DNA of 60,128 nucleotides, filler included, from Asterionella formosa (GCA_002256025.1; 6 parts of 6 records of this genome joined end to end with filler, not necessarily neighbours in it); one strand, 5' to 3'; shown: positions 10,596 to 23,189, numbered from the whole stretch's first letter. Numbers and translations are program-made. The notes: generated from the sequence alone by a model not told the origin.

Positions 10596-12758
10596 ATGTG
10601 TCGACCCGCAATACAATTTTCCAAATGTGTCCCGCATTTCAATTTGTACATCAGCACCAAAAGAAGGAGAATAGTAGCAAAGGGTCATTACCATCTGACT
10701 CAAAGATTCAGCTCGATTTCAGGCGATCCGTTTGCCTACTACAGAACACCATCAAGTGCTCTCTGGAACGAGCTTGACGCAGATAATGAACGCACCATTG
10801 GATGCATAGATTACAAGCTTCGGATGCAGCTTGAAAAAGAAATTAGTAACATACATGCATCTGTGCCAGACCCAGTGCCGGAGCTTGGACCGACTGGAAC
10901 GTATGTATATTTTGCGAAGGACATTGAGGGCGGTACTAGAGTTTATCGGCGGCGCAACGTAGCAACAAACCATGAACAAACTATTTTGGAGATTTCATTC
11001 CAACAATTCAAGCTTCACGCAATGTCCTTGTCGGTGGATGAATCGATGATAGCCTATCTTGTCAGCTCTGTCCTTGATTCGACCAGCACAATATATATTC
11101 GTCATATGGACAGTCAACGTGAGATCGAAGTGCCTGCATATAGTGAGGGAATAATGTCCGCGGTCGAATGGGGGCCCATTCAAGGAAACGGTGATCACTC
11201 CCTCTTCTTCACGACGCGAAATAATTTGCATCGACCTCACAAAGTACATGTGTGCACGGTATCAAAACGTCTCAAGCTATCTACTACAATGGTCGTCTAC
11301 TCAAATGATGACGAAGCAGTCATGGTCGACATTCAACGAACGAAAGGATGCCGGTATGTTGCTATATCGGCACGAACAAAAACATCAAACGAAATCCATT
11401 TAGCTGGAAATCTAAGCAACAATTTGATCTTGGTGCGAGCACGTCAACCTGGGATTCAGTACAGCCTAGATGTTGGCACGAATGATAATGTCTGGATTGT
11501 AGCCAACGCATCGGTGCCAAACCACGATTCTGGACTCGGGGAGGAAATGACAATATTTGAGACCTCGATCGACGTTTTGCCTCTCAAGGATACCTTTGGT
11601 ACACTGCGAGCTGAAAGCGAAGAATTCATCATTCACGATATTGACTTGTTTCAACGACACGTTGTTTACTATCAGCATTCGGTTACAGATGGAAAGCAGA
11701 GAATGCGATTTGATAATCTAGCTACTGGGAATTCAAAAATAATTGATCTTCCTGGAGGTAGCAGCTCGATTTTGTTGCCAAGCGGAAATATATTTTATAA
11801 TGCATCAAGTCTTCGATTCGGAGTCGAGAATGCATTCTCGAAAGGGTCAGTTTATGAATGTAACTTTGATACTGGCACCACCATGGAGCTTTCCTCATCT
11901 CCTACTGGCCAAAATCAACGATACATGCAACAACGAGTACTGGTCACAAGCCAAGATGGCACTCGAGTCCCCCTCACGTTGGTCCATTGCAGCTCAATCG
12001 ACCCTTTTGGACCTGATGAGTATCCTGCTGTCCTACACGGATATGGTGCATATGGCGAGCCAGTCATGAGAGGGTTCGATGCCGTTACTGTTTCTTTACT
12101 TGATCGAGGTTTTGTCATTGCATTTGCTCATACTCGAGGTGGTGGCGAATTGGGGCGCGCTTGGTACAGAGCAGGACGTTTGTATGAAAAGAGAAACTCA
12201 ATCGACGACTTCTTGGTCTGTGCTGAGTACCTCATTGAAAATGTTACTGCACCTTCATTGCTCACTGCAAAAGCTTTTTCTGCTGGTGGCGTGGTTGTGG
12301 GTGCTGCAATCAACGAGCGACCAGAGTTATTCGGCAGTGTAGTCTTTACGAATGCCTTTCTTGACGTTTCGTCCAGCTTGAATCCTCTTCAACCTCTAAC
12401 GGAGCATGAGTACGAGGAGTGGGGTAACCCAATGGTTGACCCAACAGCCGCTCTCTTGATTGCTTCATATTGTCCATTCTCGAATATTACACCATCAATT
12501 GTATATCCAAGAGCACTTATAATCGGAACTCTTGACGATGAAAACGTACCATTTTGGCATGCAGTTACATTTCAGAGAAAGTATCAACATTTGAAAAGTC
12601 AGCAAGGAGATAGTAGGGGCGCTCTAATTTACACTGTTCCATGTGGCGGCCACCATCTGCATGGAGTTAGGCTTGAGGTTGAATCGCTTGAGACCGCGTT
12701 TATCGTTGACAACATTATTCGTGTGAAATCGACGATGTTTCATATCCAAGAAATTTGA
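10596..12758 (+). CDS. S9A prolyl-oligopeptidase family serine peptidase (oligopeptidase B / PREPL-like)
   Basis: LHGYGAYG, HTRGGGELG..W, nucleophile AFSAGG, EYEEWGNP, Asp in LDDENV, His in GGHH. Confidence 0.9.
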   Translation: MCRPAIQFSKCVPHFNLYISTKRRRIVAKGHYHLTQRFSSISGDPFAYYRTPSSALWNELDADNERTIGCIDYKLRMQLEKEISNIHASVPDPVPELGPTGTYVYFAKDIEGGTRVYRRRNVATNHEQTILEISFQQFKLHAMSLSVDESMIAYLVSSVLDSTSTIYIRHMDSQREIEVPAYSEGIMSAVEWGPIQGNGDHSLFFTTRNNLHRPHKVHVCTVSKRLKLSTTMVVYSNDDEAVMVDIQRTKGCRYVAISARTKTSNEIHLAGNLSNNLILVRARQPGIQYSLDVGTNDNVWIVANASVPNHDSGLGEEMTIFETSIDVLPLKDTFGTLRAESEEFIIHDIDLFQRHVVYYQHSVTDGKQRMRFDNLATGNSKIIDLPGGSSSILLPSGNIFYNASSLRFGVENAFSKGSVYECNFDTGTTMELSSSPTGQNQRYMQQRVLVTSQDGTRVPLTLVHCSSIDPFGPDEYPAVLHGYGAYGEPVMRGFDAVTVSLLDRGFVIAFAHTRGGGELGRAWYRAGRLYEKRNSIDDFLVCAEYLIENVTAPSLLTAKAFSAGGVVVGAAINERPELFGSVVFTNAFLDVSSSLNPLQPLTEHEYEEWGNPMVDPTAALLIASYCPFSNITPSIVYPRALIIGTLDDENVPFWHAVTFQRKYQHLKSQQGDSRGALIYTVPCGGHHLHGVRLEVESLETAFIVDNIIRVKSTMFHIQEI

Positions 12759-13006
12759 TATGAAACTGCTCAACGTGTTACGTTGTTCCTAATGTACCAT
12801 GCAGCTAGGAGTGGTCCTGCTGAGGGCCAAGACCATTTAACTTCAGTTATACTTTGGTTCCCGTCGACAGTTTCATTATCACTTCCTAGTTTCAAACTTG
12901 TTTCAAAAATATTCTCGCCTTTGCTCCCTCCCATTTCTGACTGAATACAATGCTATTTCTTGGCTCACAATTCCAACTATCGCATCAAGTACTTGCTGCA
13001 ATTAGA

Positions 13007-15524
13007 ATGCATTCCTATTTTTACACCGCCATCTCAGTTCTGTTCTGTACACTTCATATATTCTGGGCTGCCGCAGCTAGCTCTGCCCCTGTCCGAGGAA
13101 AAGTAAGTAGGTTCAATCGGAATGCTGCAAGCCATTTCATGATTTCCAAGGAGCTTATTCCCTCTTTTCAATTTTGACAATAAATAGAGTTATCTTGATT
13201 TTGTCCAGGTCGGCTACGATTTGTTTGGAACTCCGGCTTGGAACACAACACAGAAGGTCGAGTTTGGAACGGCGGTCCGGCTCTCCTCTGCGAATGGAAA
13301 TATCCTTGCGGTTGGTGCACCTCATCACAGCTACAACTTTTCCACCGCAAATCCTGCTAATCTCAACGACGAAGGTGGAGCTGTCTTCCTCTACAAATTT
13401 AACGGGACTGATTGGAACTTGCTCTCCTCTTTCTTTGGCGACCCCGGCGAACAGATGGGTGACTACCTCGCTCTCTCTGCTGGTGGATCTCGCATTGCCA
13501 TCCGCCGCTACAACAACACCCTCAAAAGCATCAATCAAGTTGAGGTATATGGCATATCTATCAACGGTACTACTACGAAGCGAGGCTCAAATTTGTCATG
13601 CGGAGCCAATGGTAATTCTGTCTCGTTATCCCCTTGCGGCAGTCGAATCGCTGTGGGCTGCCATACTTTCAACAGCGGACGAGGATTGGTAGAGATATTT
13701 GATTGGAGTGCTGGTCATGCAAACTGGGTTTCCATCGGAAAAATCCAAATGAATGAAACGCTCAATAACAATGCCTTTTTTGGATGGAGTTTGTCCTTCG
13801 ATGCAACTGGTAATCGTCTTGCTATTTCTGCTCCGAAGTACGACTGGAAGCGTGGTTTGGTTCGAGTTTACGATTATGTTGGAGGTAGCATTTGGAATCA
13901 AGTCGGCGCTGACATTCGTGGTTTAAATGAAGGAGAAATGTTCGGTTTCTCCATGGACATCTCTGGAGATGGATTGTCTGTTGTTGCCGGTGCACCGCTA
14001 ACTAATTTGAGTGGAATTTCCTTTTTCTGCGGAGCAGTGTCCGTCTTTGGCCTTGATAATGGTACCAGCCTTTGGAGACCGATCGGAAAACGCGTCGCTG
14101 GTGTTAAGACGTTGGATCGTTTGGGTCGATCCGTTTCTATCGCTCGGAATGGACGTCGCATTGCAGCCAGCAGTTATCTCTTTGGGCGAGGGGACGTCAA
14201 ACTTCTAGATTTTGTAGGTGGTCAGTGGGTGACTACTGGTGCAATCACAGGAACTAGCAACCAAGATCGTTTTGGTTTCGGATTGCTGAGTGTCACGTTA
14301 ACCGCCGATGGAAGTCGTTTTGCTAGTGGCTCCGTATGGGAAAACAACGCAGCTTTAATTTCGGTTGGTCGAGTTCGTGTATATGATGATGTTACTGCAT
14401 CCAATACTACACCTTCCATATCCCCATCCATTATTAAAAGTTCTTTTCGAAGTACTTCGCCCAGTGACACTGTCAACAGTTTGACTGCTCATCTGGGCAT
14501 TCCATTATCGAATCCAACCGAAAAATTAGAGCCTTCGGACTTCCCTACAATCGTTGAACCCACTTTACCAATGTTTCCGCCCTCCGCATCCTTCCTTACG
14601 CCGACTGATTTTCCATCGGCTAACTCGCTCATGACGACACTCCCCACACTTGTACTTTCTAAATTTGATTGGGATCTTGAACGTATAGGCGATGCTGTTG
14701 TTTCTTTCAGTGGTTTAACAAGTGACGCAGAGATTACTTTGAACTACAACATCTCAAATCGCCTCCCTGTGATAACCGTGTGGGATAAAAATTGTTTTGC
14801 ATCGGTGCTGCCCTCTACTGTTGGCGTTACTTCTCAGATCACTATCGAGTCACCTACGCATTCCAACCTTGAAGTTTCCCTGAATGTAAAGCAAGACACC
14901 ATTGTCGGAAGTGCTCTTTGGAGTGCTGATGGTTTTGGTGTCGGATTCGTCAACTTGTGCGTCCGTGTCGACCTTGTCCTCGACGATCTCAACTTATCCT
15001 CTGTGAATTTCTACGAGCAAAAGATCTACGTTTCCATTGGGCTTCAGCAGGGTTTTTCTGTTGTAGACATTAATCTCAATCGGGACGAAGCCAACACGAC
15101 AAATTACAAAGTCAATGTCAATTATGACATCCTTGCCTGCCAATGCAATGAATATTTCATCTGCGTCAATGACGTTCTGGTGCACGGTTCAGATGTCTTC
15201 ATCTGTGTGTACTCCAACACTTCAAACGTCAAAGTTGCTGAGATCTCCGATTTGACCTTCCGTCAGGACGAACTCTCTTTTTCACCTATATTCAATTTTA
15301 CTGAAGATGCCATCACTACGGTTGTTGTGACGCCGCAAGGTGCCTTAATTCGCTCACAAATGAGGTCTATTTTCTTTGGAAATCTCGTGACGGGGAACGT
15401 TTTCGTTGAGGGAACCGCAGTTTTGTCTTTTGCAGAAGGCAGTTATCGTGCTCTTTATACTTCTCGCTTTCATGAGAGCACCGCGCCATCATCCCGAAAT
15501 TTCAGACTTACGATGATGGGGTAA
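13007..15524 (+). CDS. Secreted FG-GAP-like beta-propeller protein, paralog 1 (exons 13007-13102, 13188-15524)
   Basis: Signal-peptide exon, phase-0 intron 13103-13187 (GTAAGT..AATAG), repeated FG.S..LS.DG..IAVGAP...G.V.VY blades, S/T/P stalk, Cys-containing C-terminal domain. Confidence 0.82.
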
Positions 15525-15565
15525 CATACCCTTTCATCAAGCATTTCGGCTGGTAAAGGAAAACA

Positions 15566-15772
15566 ATTTTGAGTTTGGAGAGAATAAAGCCAAGTAAATA
15601 AGCCTTCTGTACTTTTGCGTCGGGCCGCCCCTCTATTGCCCTGGTCATTGTTGTGTTTTACCGTTTAGTACTGATTTTGAGTTTGGAGCGAAAGAATAAT
15701 GCCAAGTAAGCAAGCTTTGCTAACTTTTGCTTCGGGTCGCCCCTCTATTGCCCCGGTCATTATTGTGTTTTG
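15566..15772 (+). repeat. Imperfect tandem duplication of about 100 nt
   Basis: ATTTTGAGTTTGGAG...GCCCCTCTATTGCCC.GGTCATT.TTGTGTTTT at 15566 and again at 15674. Confidence 0.8.
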
Positions 15773-16033
15773 CTGTTTCCCTGTTTCGAAGAATAAAAAT
15801 AGCAAAAGCCTACGTCACTTAGTCGTAATCATACGTACGTTCTTTAATGAGTGAATTGATGACGTTTTCTATATATTACAACGCCTGTCCTGCGTCACGT
15901 TATCAATTTCAGCAAAATGACCGCAACTTGCTACCGGTAAACCCTAATCAGTGTCCAACCTTTTTGTTTCATAACAAACGTTGCAAGCACATGCTTAATA
16001 GTCGTCGTATCTACTTTCAGCGTTACTGTTACC

Positions 16034-17305
16034 ATGCCAAAAGCCGAGAAAGGATCGGCTAAGGACATTGGCATTCGAATCAAGGCGAAAGGCCTTCAAA
16101 AGCTCAAGTTCTACTGTCAAATGTGCGAAAAGCAATGCCGCGACGCCAACGGGTTCAAATGTCACATGACTTCCGAGACTCATCTCCGCAATATGAAGAT
16201 ATTTTCTCAGAACGCTTCTGGCATTATGGATAACATGTCGAAAGAGTTCGAGAGAACGTATCTAGACACGCTGAGAAGAAGGCATGGAACGAAACGAGTG
16301 AATGCAAACAACGTCTACCAAGAACAAATAGCCGACAAGCAGCACATTCACATGAATTCTACCAAATGGGCGACTTTAGCTGATTTCGTACAGTATCTTG
16401 GAAGGACGAGTAAATGCGTCGTCGATGAGACAGAGAGAGGGTGGTATGTACAGTACATTGAGCGAGACACAGGCATCATTGCTCGCCAAGAAGCTCAACA
16501 AAAAAGGGTCGAAGCAGAAAAGGCAGCCGAAGGCCGTTACTCCAAGCAGATGGAAGTCCAAAAAGTGGAAGCTGCGAAAATGTTGGATAGAGCTGGTGGG
16601 GTATTGCATACTGTGGCTACAAATATGAACCGGGAAGGGGGCATTTGTATCTCATTGTCATTAGCTGGTTCCAAGGCCTCATCGACGACTGGGTTCGCTT
16701 CCGTCAAGGCGAAGTCTGTCTTTGGCGGTGATCAAGACGAAGAGGACGAAGCACAAGCATCAAGGATAAACGAAAACTTAGAGACTGCGAAAAAACCAAT
16801 AATGGACAGCAGAACTCTACTTTCTTTCAAGCCGGAAGCCAATGCTACGAACGCGGCGAAACGCAAGGTGGTTGATGGCGTCACCAGAATTCTGCCTAAC
16901 AAGAACGCCAGAAAAGAACCCAAAAATTTGAGGAAAGAAAACTGGATACGTCGGGGTATTCTTGTTCGCATCGTATCTAAGAAACTTGCCAATGGGAAGT
17001 TCTACAACCGGAAAGCTGTCGTTGAGAGGGTCCTTGACGACAAATTCACTGCCGAGATAGAAGTATTAGATTCTGGACCAAATGAGTGCGACGGAGGTGA
17101 TCTAATTCGAATTGATCAAGAGGATCTAGAGACAGTTATTCCCAAAGAAGGGAAGAGGGTTCGTATTCTGAATGGACCAGGCCGCGGGGATATTGCTACC
17201 ATTTTTGCGCTCGATGGTGGTAGACTGCAGGCAACGCTTAAGCTGGAAGATGGAACGATCGTCCAGGGCATGGAATACCGCGATATTTCGAAGATATCTT
17301 CCTAG
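16034..17305 (+). CDS. KIN17: DNA/RNA-binding protein KIN17
   Basis: KAKGLQKLKFYCQMCEKQCRDANGFKCH zinc finger, HIHMNSTKWATL winged helix, C-terminal KOW/SH3-like region with DLETVIP. Confidence 0.96.
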   Translation: MPKAEKGSAKDIGIRIKAKGLQKLKFYCQMCEKQCRDANGFKCHMTSETHLRNMKIFSQNASGIMDNMSKEFERTYLDTLRRRHGTKRVNANNVYQEQIADKQHIHMNSTKWATLADFVQYLGRTSKCVVDETERGWYVQYIERDTGIIARQEAQQKRVEAEKAAEGRYSKQMEVQKVEAAKMLDRAGGVLHTVATNMNREGGICISLSLAGSKASSTTGFASVKAKSVFGGDQDEEDEAQASRINENLETAKKPIMDSRTLLSFKPEANATNAAKRKVVDGVTRILPNKNARKEPKNLRKENWIRRGILVRIVSKKLANGKFYNRKAVVERVLDDKFTAEIEVLDSGPNECDGGDLIRIDQEDLETVIPKEGKRVRILNGPGRGDIATIFALDGGRLQATLKLEDGTIVQGMEYRDISKISS

Positions 17306-17783
17306 AAGTTTTGAAAACTGTTATTTTTCCACGGTTTATTGAGGTTTTCTCGTATATTCACTTACTCCATGCTAAAGGCGTCGACATTCTTTCAAGGTAC
17401 AGCGCGAGGTCTTCCATAGAAGGTCCGTTTTCCTAGTTGATCAAAATTGTGATCGAATGACGATACTAACGGGAAAATTGCAACGAGAGGCTTCCATACA
17501 AGATACGTTTTCCTATTTGAACAACGTTGTGATCAAAGGGCACCGGTTCACCACGACGGGTTGTTGCGGCAATGCTGGCAGTTTCAGGTTGTTTCACAGT
17601 TCTAAGCTGTTTTCAAAGATATTTTATGTACGAATATCGTATAAGCTGCTATGAACAAGATGCTCTATCGACGGTTTCTCTCTCGCATTGTACCTATTTC
17701 GGAGGTGCACAAACAACGCCGGTTTGCTCACAATTCCAATAATATTATCAGACAATCGTCTCAGTTTCGCAAAGCTCATCATC

Positions 17784-20009
17784 ATGTGTCGCAATGTTTT
17801 TGCCGCTCTTTCCGCGGTTATCATCGCCGCCCAAGCTAGCTCTGCTACTGCTCATAACACTGTACGTATGCAAAATTGAGTGCACTGCAAACCATTATTT
17901 AACTTGTCAAGCTAATCCTCTCCTTTCGTGAAATCAACAGCGTTATCTTACCGCTATTGAATTCGGTCGGGTCGGAAATGATTTGTTTGGCACTCCCAAT
18001 TCAAACGTGACAAAAAAGGTCGAGTTTGGAACGGCGGTTCAGCTCTCCTCTGCTAATGGAAACATCCTCGCGGTTGGTGCACCTCATCACGGCTATAACT
18101 CTTCCACCGCAAATCCTGCTAATCTCAACGACGAAGGAGGAGCTGTCTTCCTCTACAAATTCAACGGAACGGATTGGAACTTGCTTGCCTCCTTCTTTGG
18201 AAATCCCGGCGAGCAGATCGGTGACTACCTCACAATCTCCGCTAGTGGATCTCGTATTGCCATCCGCCGCTACAACAACACCCTTAAAAGCATCAATCAA
18301 GTGGAGGTGTATGATGTCGCTGTTACAGGTACTGCGACTAAGCTTGGCTCCGGGTTGTCATGTGGTGCCAATGGGAATTCTGTCTCGTTGTCTTCCAGTG
18401 GCAGTCGCGTCGCGGTGGGCTGCCATACTTTCAGCAGCAACCGTGGATTGGTCGAGATCTTTGATTGGAATGTTGGTCTCGCAAACTGGGCTTCCATCGG
18501 AAAAGTCCAAATGACTGAAAATACCACTGCCTTATTCGGTTGGAGCGTTGCCTTCGACGACACTGGTAACCGTCTTGCTGTTTCTGCCCCTAACTACGAT
18601 CGTGGTGATGGTATCTTAAAACGTGGTTTGGTCCGTGTTTACGCTTTTGCTGGAGGTAACACTTGGGATCAAGTTGGCGCTGACATTCGTGGCTTGACTG
18701 CAGGTGAACAGTTTGGCTTCTCCATGGATATATCTGGAGATGGATTGTCTGTTGTTGCCGGCGCGCCTAATAGCCAAGTAAGTGGAACTACCTCGTTTTA
18801 TGGAGCAGTCTCCGTCTTTGGCCTTGATGCTGGTACCAGTCTTTGGAAACCGATTGGTGAACTTGTTGCTGGTGATAATCTATTGGATCGTTTTGGTCGA
18901 TCTGTTTCTATCTCTCAAAACGGAAGGCGCATTGCAGCCAGCAGTTATTTTGCGAATGCTGGCCGAGGGGTTGTCAAGCTTTTTGATTTTGAAGGTGGTC
19001 AGTGGGCGACTACTGGTGCAATAACCGGAACTGGCAACCAAGATCGTTTCGGTTTCGGATTGCTAAGTGTCACATTGACCGCAGATGGCAGTCGTGTTGC
19101 TTCTGGTTCCGTGTGGGGAAACAATACAGAATCAATCGAGGTTGGTCGGGTTCGTGTGTATGACGATATCACTGCACCCAGTGCTGTTCCCAGTTCGTCA
19201 CCGAGTATTTCTGCCTTTGTTATCGCAGCCTTGACCCCGACGCAATTACCTACTTCGCCGCCTACTCAAGTCCCAACCTTGAATCCAACTGTGATCCCGT
19301 CTCCCATCCCAACCTCGCTACCAACTCAAGGACCTACTCTGACCCCGATCCCTATCCCTATCCCAACCACTCTCCCAACTCCAGGACTTACTCCTGCCCC
19401 GACCCCTATCCCAACCTCTCTCCCGACTCCAATCCCAACCTCGCTTCCTTCTCCAAGACCTAGTTCAGCCGCGACTTCTATCCCAACTTCCCTTGCGACT
19501 CCAGGACCAACCTCGAGCCCAGCTCCTTACCCAACCACTTATCCGACTCCGCGGCCGACAAATCTACCAATTCCAAGCCTAGACTCTCCTCCGACTCCAG
19601 GACCTTCAGCCCCAACTCCTATCCCAACCTCTATTACGATTCCACGACCAACAAATCTACCAATTCTAAGCCCAGGCTCGTTTACTACGCAAGCACCAAG
19701 TCCTAAACCCATTGTCTCAGGCTCACCTGGACCCTTTGCTCCCACTACGTCAATCCCAACAATTATACTTTCCAAATTTGACTGGGATCTTGAACGCAAT
19801 GGAGATGCTGTAGTTTCTTTCGGTGATTCAACCAACACGAACGAGATTACTTTGAATTACAACATTTCTAATCGTTTCGCTGTTATAACCATTTGGGATG
19901 AAAGTTGTATCACACCTGTGTCGTCCTCTGTCATTGGTGTTTCTTCCCATACAGTCATCGAATCATCTACACATTCCAACCTTCAAGTCTCCCTGGATGT
20001 AAAGCAAGA
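17784..20009 (+). CDS. Secreted FG-GAP-like beta-propeller protein, paralog 2, 3'-truncated (exons 17784-17861, 17941-scaffold end)
   Basis: 26-aa signal exon, phase-0 intron 17862-17940 (GTACGT..AACAG), close similarity to paralog 1, long PT-repeat stalk. Confidence 0.82.
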
Positions 20010-20244
20010 NNNNNNNNNNNNNNNNNNNNNNNNNNNNNNNNNNNNNNNNNNNNTTAATTAATTAANNNNNNNNNNNNNNNNNNNNNNNNNNNNNNNNNNN
20101 NNNNNNNNNGCATCCGTATACTTAGATCCTATCCACTGTATAATACTATCATATTAACTGTTGACTTTAACTGTATACATTAAACGACAAACACATATAT
20201 TAATTAACATACTTTATGATTGCTTGATTTATTTTCTATTATGG

Positions 20245-21751
20245 CTTGGTAACACTTGCGTACATTATTTATCGTATTTTATTGTCATTGTCTTATTTTT
20301 AAAATGATCATATTTTGATCAAAATTATATCATAAACATTTTATAAAATCATCATAATTTTATTATCAATGTATCATAGCTCTGTGATATTTTTTATTCA
20401 ATATTACGTATCATACTTTGGTGATGTATGCATCGATGTAACCTTATCATGATATCACAGTATCATCTTATCAATCATGATGAGATGATCGGGAAGCAAC
20501 TGTATTCTGCATCGTGCTACAGGGTATATTATTATATCACGCAATTTAGTAGCGAAGTCACTCCGCCTGTTATGTACTAAAGTCGACAGTGCACATACCG
20601 GGTACCAGTACTCAAACGCTAATCAGGTTTGAGGCAACGGACAGTGGTTCCAACGAGCGAATGATGATACCACGGGTACCAATTTTTCCAACGAAAGAAC
20701 TTGTCTCTCTATTGATGAGGATGACACGGACACGGACACCGACTTTTTCAGGAGCAAACAACAATGAAGAGACCCACTTGTCGCTCTATTGATCATGTTA
20801 ACAAAGATGCGGACAAGTTCAACAGTGAATACAAAGAACAACATACCATTGAAAACAAGTCGACAGTGTGTGCACGCACACGCCAAGCAAGTTTGAGGCA
20901 ACGGACCATTCCAACAAGCAAATGACGATACAGATATCAAATTCTTCCTATGAGCAAACAACAATGAAAAGAGCCACTTGCTTTCGCGCTCTTGATGGTA
21001 TCAAAGATGCAGACAAGTTCAATAGTTAATTCAAGTACAGTATACCAAATGCAGAAACGAGCGAGCGATATGAAAATGAAATACATTCTAATCAGAATCA
21101 TTCTATAACTATAGCTATGTGGACAGTAGTCTGTTACGCAGATTTTCGTATCTCCTTCTATGCTGAATCTCAATAGTAGATGTAGTATCATGTGAGAATT
21201 GAAAATGTCAACGAGAGCAAGTAGAATGTGTTTGTTTACGGGTTGATTGCCGAGATCGTCATGCTGAAGTGGACGAAACGGATATACTTTGTGCGCTGTG
21301 TGCGGAAACATTACGAGTTCGAATGGTTTATTCTCTCCTGTAAACTCTTAATTAAATGATTATGAACAAAGCAAGGTTCACTGCACATGACGATTACTCG
21401 AAGATATAAAGATCACTTGACCAAAAAATTGAAGACGCACGTTATCGCAAACATTCATTCTGCTTGTCATTATTTCGTTGTTGTTGCAAAAATCGGAGTG
21501 ATGAGGGGCAGATGGAAATGACGAGCCAAATTACATTACTTGAACTGGTACATTATCCTACCAAGAAATTCGAATACAGGAATCAAATAGAAAAAATACA
21601 TATAATGATTAAATATATGTAGTCAAAAGGGTTACTATTTAAATTACGAGGGCATTTATCACAATTATTAGATGATATAACGAAAAATTATGATCAGATG
21701 ATCATAATCCTATGATGCATCATGGAAATATTATGGTTTTTATTTGCAGAC
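20245..21751 (+). repeat. Unclassified dispersed repeat (about 1.5 kb) with internal tandem duplication
   Basis: Colinear with 56315-58015; ends sharply at TTTATTTGCAGAC; internal units start AGTCGACAGTG at 20581 and 20858. Confidence 0.9.
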
Positions 21752-21752
21752 G

Positions 21753-22010
21753 CTAGAGAGCCTCTGCAATGGCCTTGGCTCCGTCAACACCAATTGAATT
21801 ACCTTGGAGAGAAAGTTCAGTCAAGACAGTATTGTCCTTGAGAGCCTCTGCAATGGCCTTGGCTCCGTCATCACCAATTGAATTACCACCGAGAATAAGT
21901 CTAGTCAAGACAGTATTGACCTTGAGAGCCTCTGCAATTGCCTTGGCTCCATCATCATCAATTGAATTATTAGAGAGTTCATGTTCAGTCAAACTTGGAT
22001 CATTCTGTGA
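21753..22010 (-). pseudogene. RNI-like (NLRC3-type) 28-aa LRR gene fragment
   Basis: Three NSIGDDGAKAIAEALK.NTVLT.L repeats, cut at the boundary of the dispersed repeat. Confidence 0.8.
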
Positions 22011-22517
22011 GAATATTCGAAGTTCCTACGGGTGAATAGTCGTGCGATCCCGGTATGAAAGTATCTGATGGGTTTCCGGGTTTTTTCGGTTGTTGTTGGA
22101 TTCGATTTGTAACGTGCTTCAGATGCCGATGCCGTTTCCATCAAAGCTGCTGGGTCCTCCTTGACAATGTTTGGTGGCGATATCAGTATCGATTTGAGAG
22201 GTGGTATGGGCGATGTTCCAGGTGTCATTCATGTAAATTCGAATTTTTCCGGTCTTCTCTTGTTGCCGTATTGTGAGTGATCCAACTGATGGTTGATGAG
22301 TTATTTTTTGTTGAAATGACAATACTATCTCATATAACTAAAATAGATTCGTTCGATATTGATCCTCTCTTATTGGTTATTAAACTTTTTTTTTTGTATT
22401 TGTTATTCGGTGGTTTCCCTCACGCTTCCACTGCGCTTACAACGACAAAACGTCGTCTCCAGATTTACTTCTAACATTCTTCGTCGATCTCCTTGACTTC
22501 GCGGACTCGCTCCCAAC

Positions 22518-23015
22518 ATGGCTCAAGCAATCAATGCCCCTGCGGCCTTCGTCTTTGCACTCACGCTGGCTCTTGCCAACCCCGATCCTGTGGATTACAA
22601 CTCCAACGAAGGGATGAAACTGTACAAGTCTGCTACTGAGAAACTCAACCATACCTTCGATGGTGAAACAGGAAGTCTCCGCCTCTTTCTTCAAACCTTG
22701 CAGCAGAGGGTGGATGCGTTCGGGTGGGCATCCATCCTTACTGTCCCCGATGACCAGAACATTGGGAGGAACCTGATTACTGAATATGGGAGAGTGTCTA
22801 TGGCAAATGTAGTGGCTCACGCAGCCGCACATGTGCATACGCATATGCGTGACGCACAGAACAGTGCACAACTATTTATGTGCATCTATGATTCTTTATC
22901 ACTTGAGGCACTACTAAAAGTCTCCACGGACTCCGCTGCGTACAGACTGGTATCACCTACTGACCACACCTTTGTGGTAGCCAGTGGAGTGGCATTCTTG
23001 AAACTCCTCATCATG
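22518..23015 (+). mobile_element. Truncated gag-like ORF of a diatom LTR retrotransposon (CoDi-like)
   Basis: FALT.A...VDY...EG.KLY..AT..L...FDG...L.LFL...GW..IL.VP...NLITEYG...R.AQNS pattern recalled from diatom copia gag N-termini. No pol follows. Confidence 0.6.
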
Positions 23016-23189
23016 ATTATCCGGCTGGAGGAGGAGCTTCACCCATGGCTCCAGAAGTAATGGAAGTCAACCGAGCAGGCAAAGAAAAGGGAGGGACTGC
23101 ACAAATACTTTTGGTCTCACGATTCCAGACAATGTATATCCAGGAATGCAATTTATGGTGGCAGTAGAAGGACAGATATTCATGGTTAC

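Noticed and set aside
20623..21311. ORFs conserved with 56774-57414 as a protein-coding gene
   Set aside because: Conservation reflects recent repeat copies; indels between copies shift frames and no domain is recognisable.
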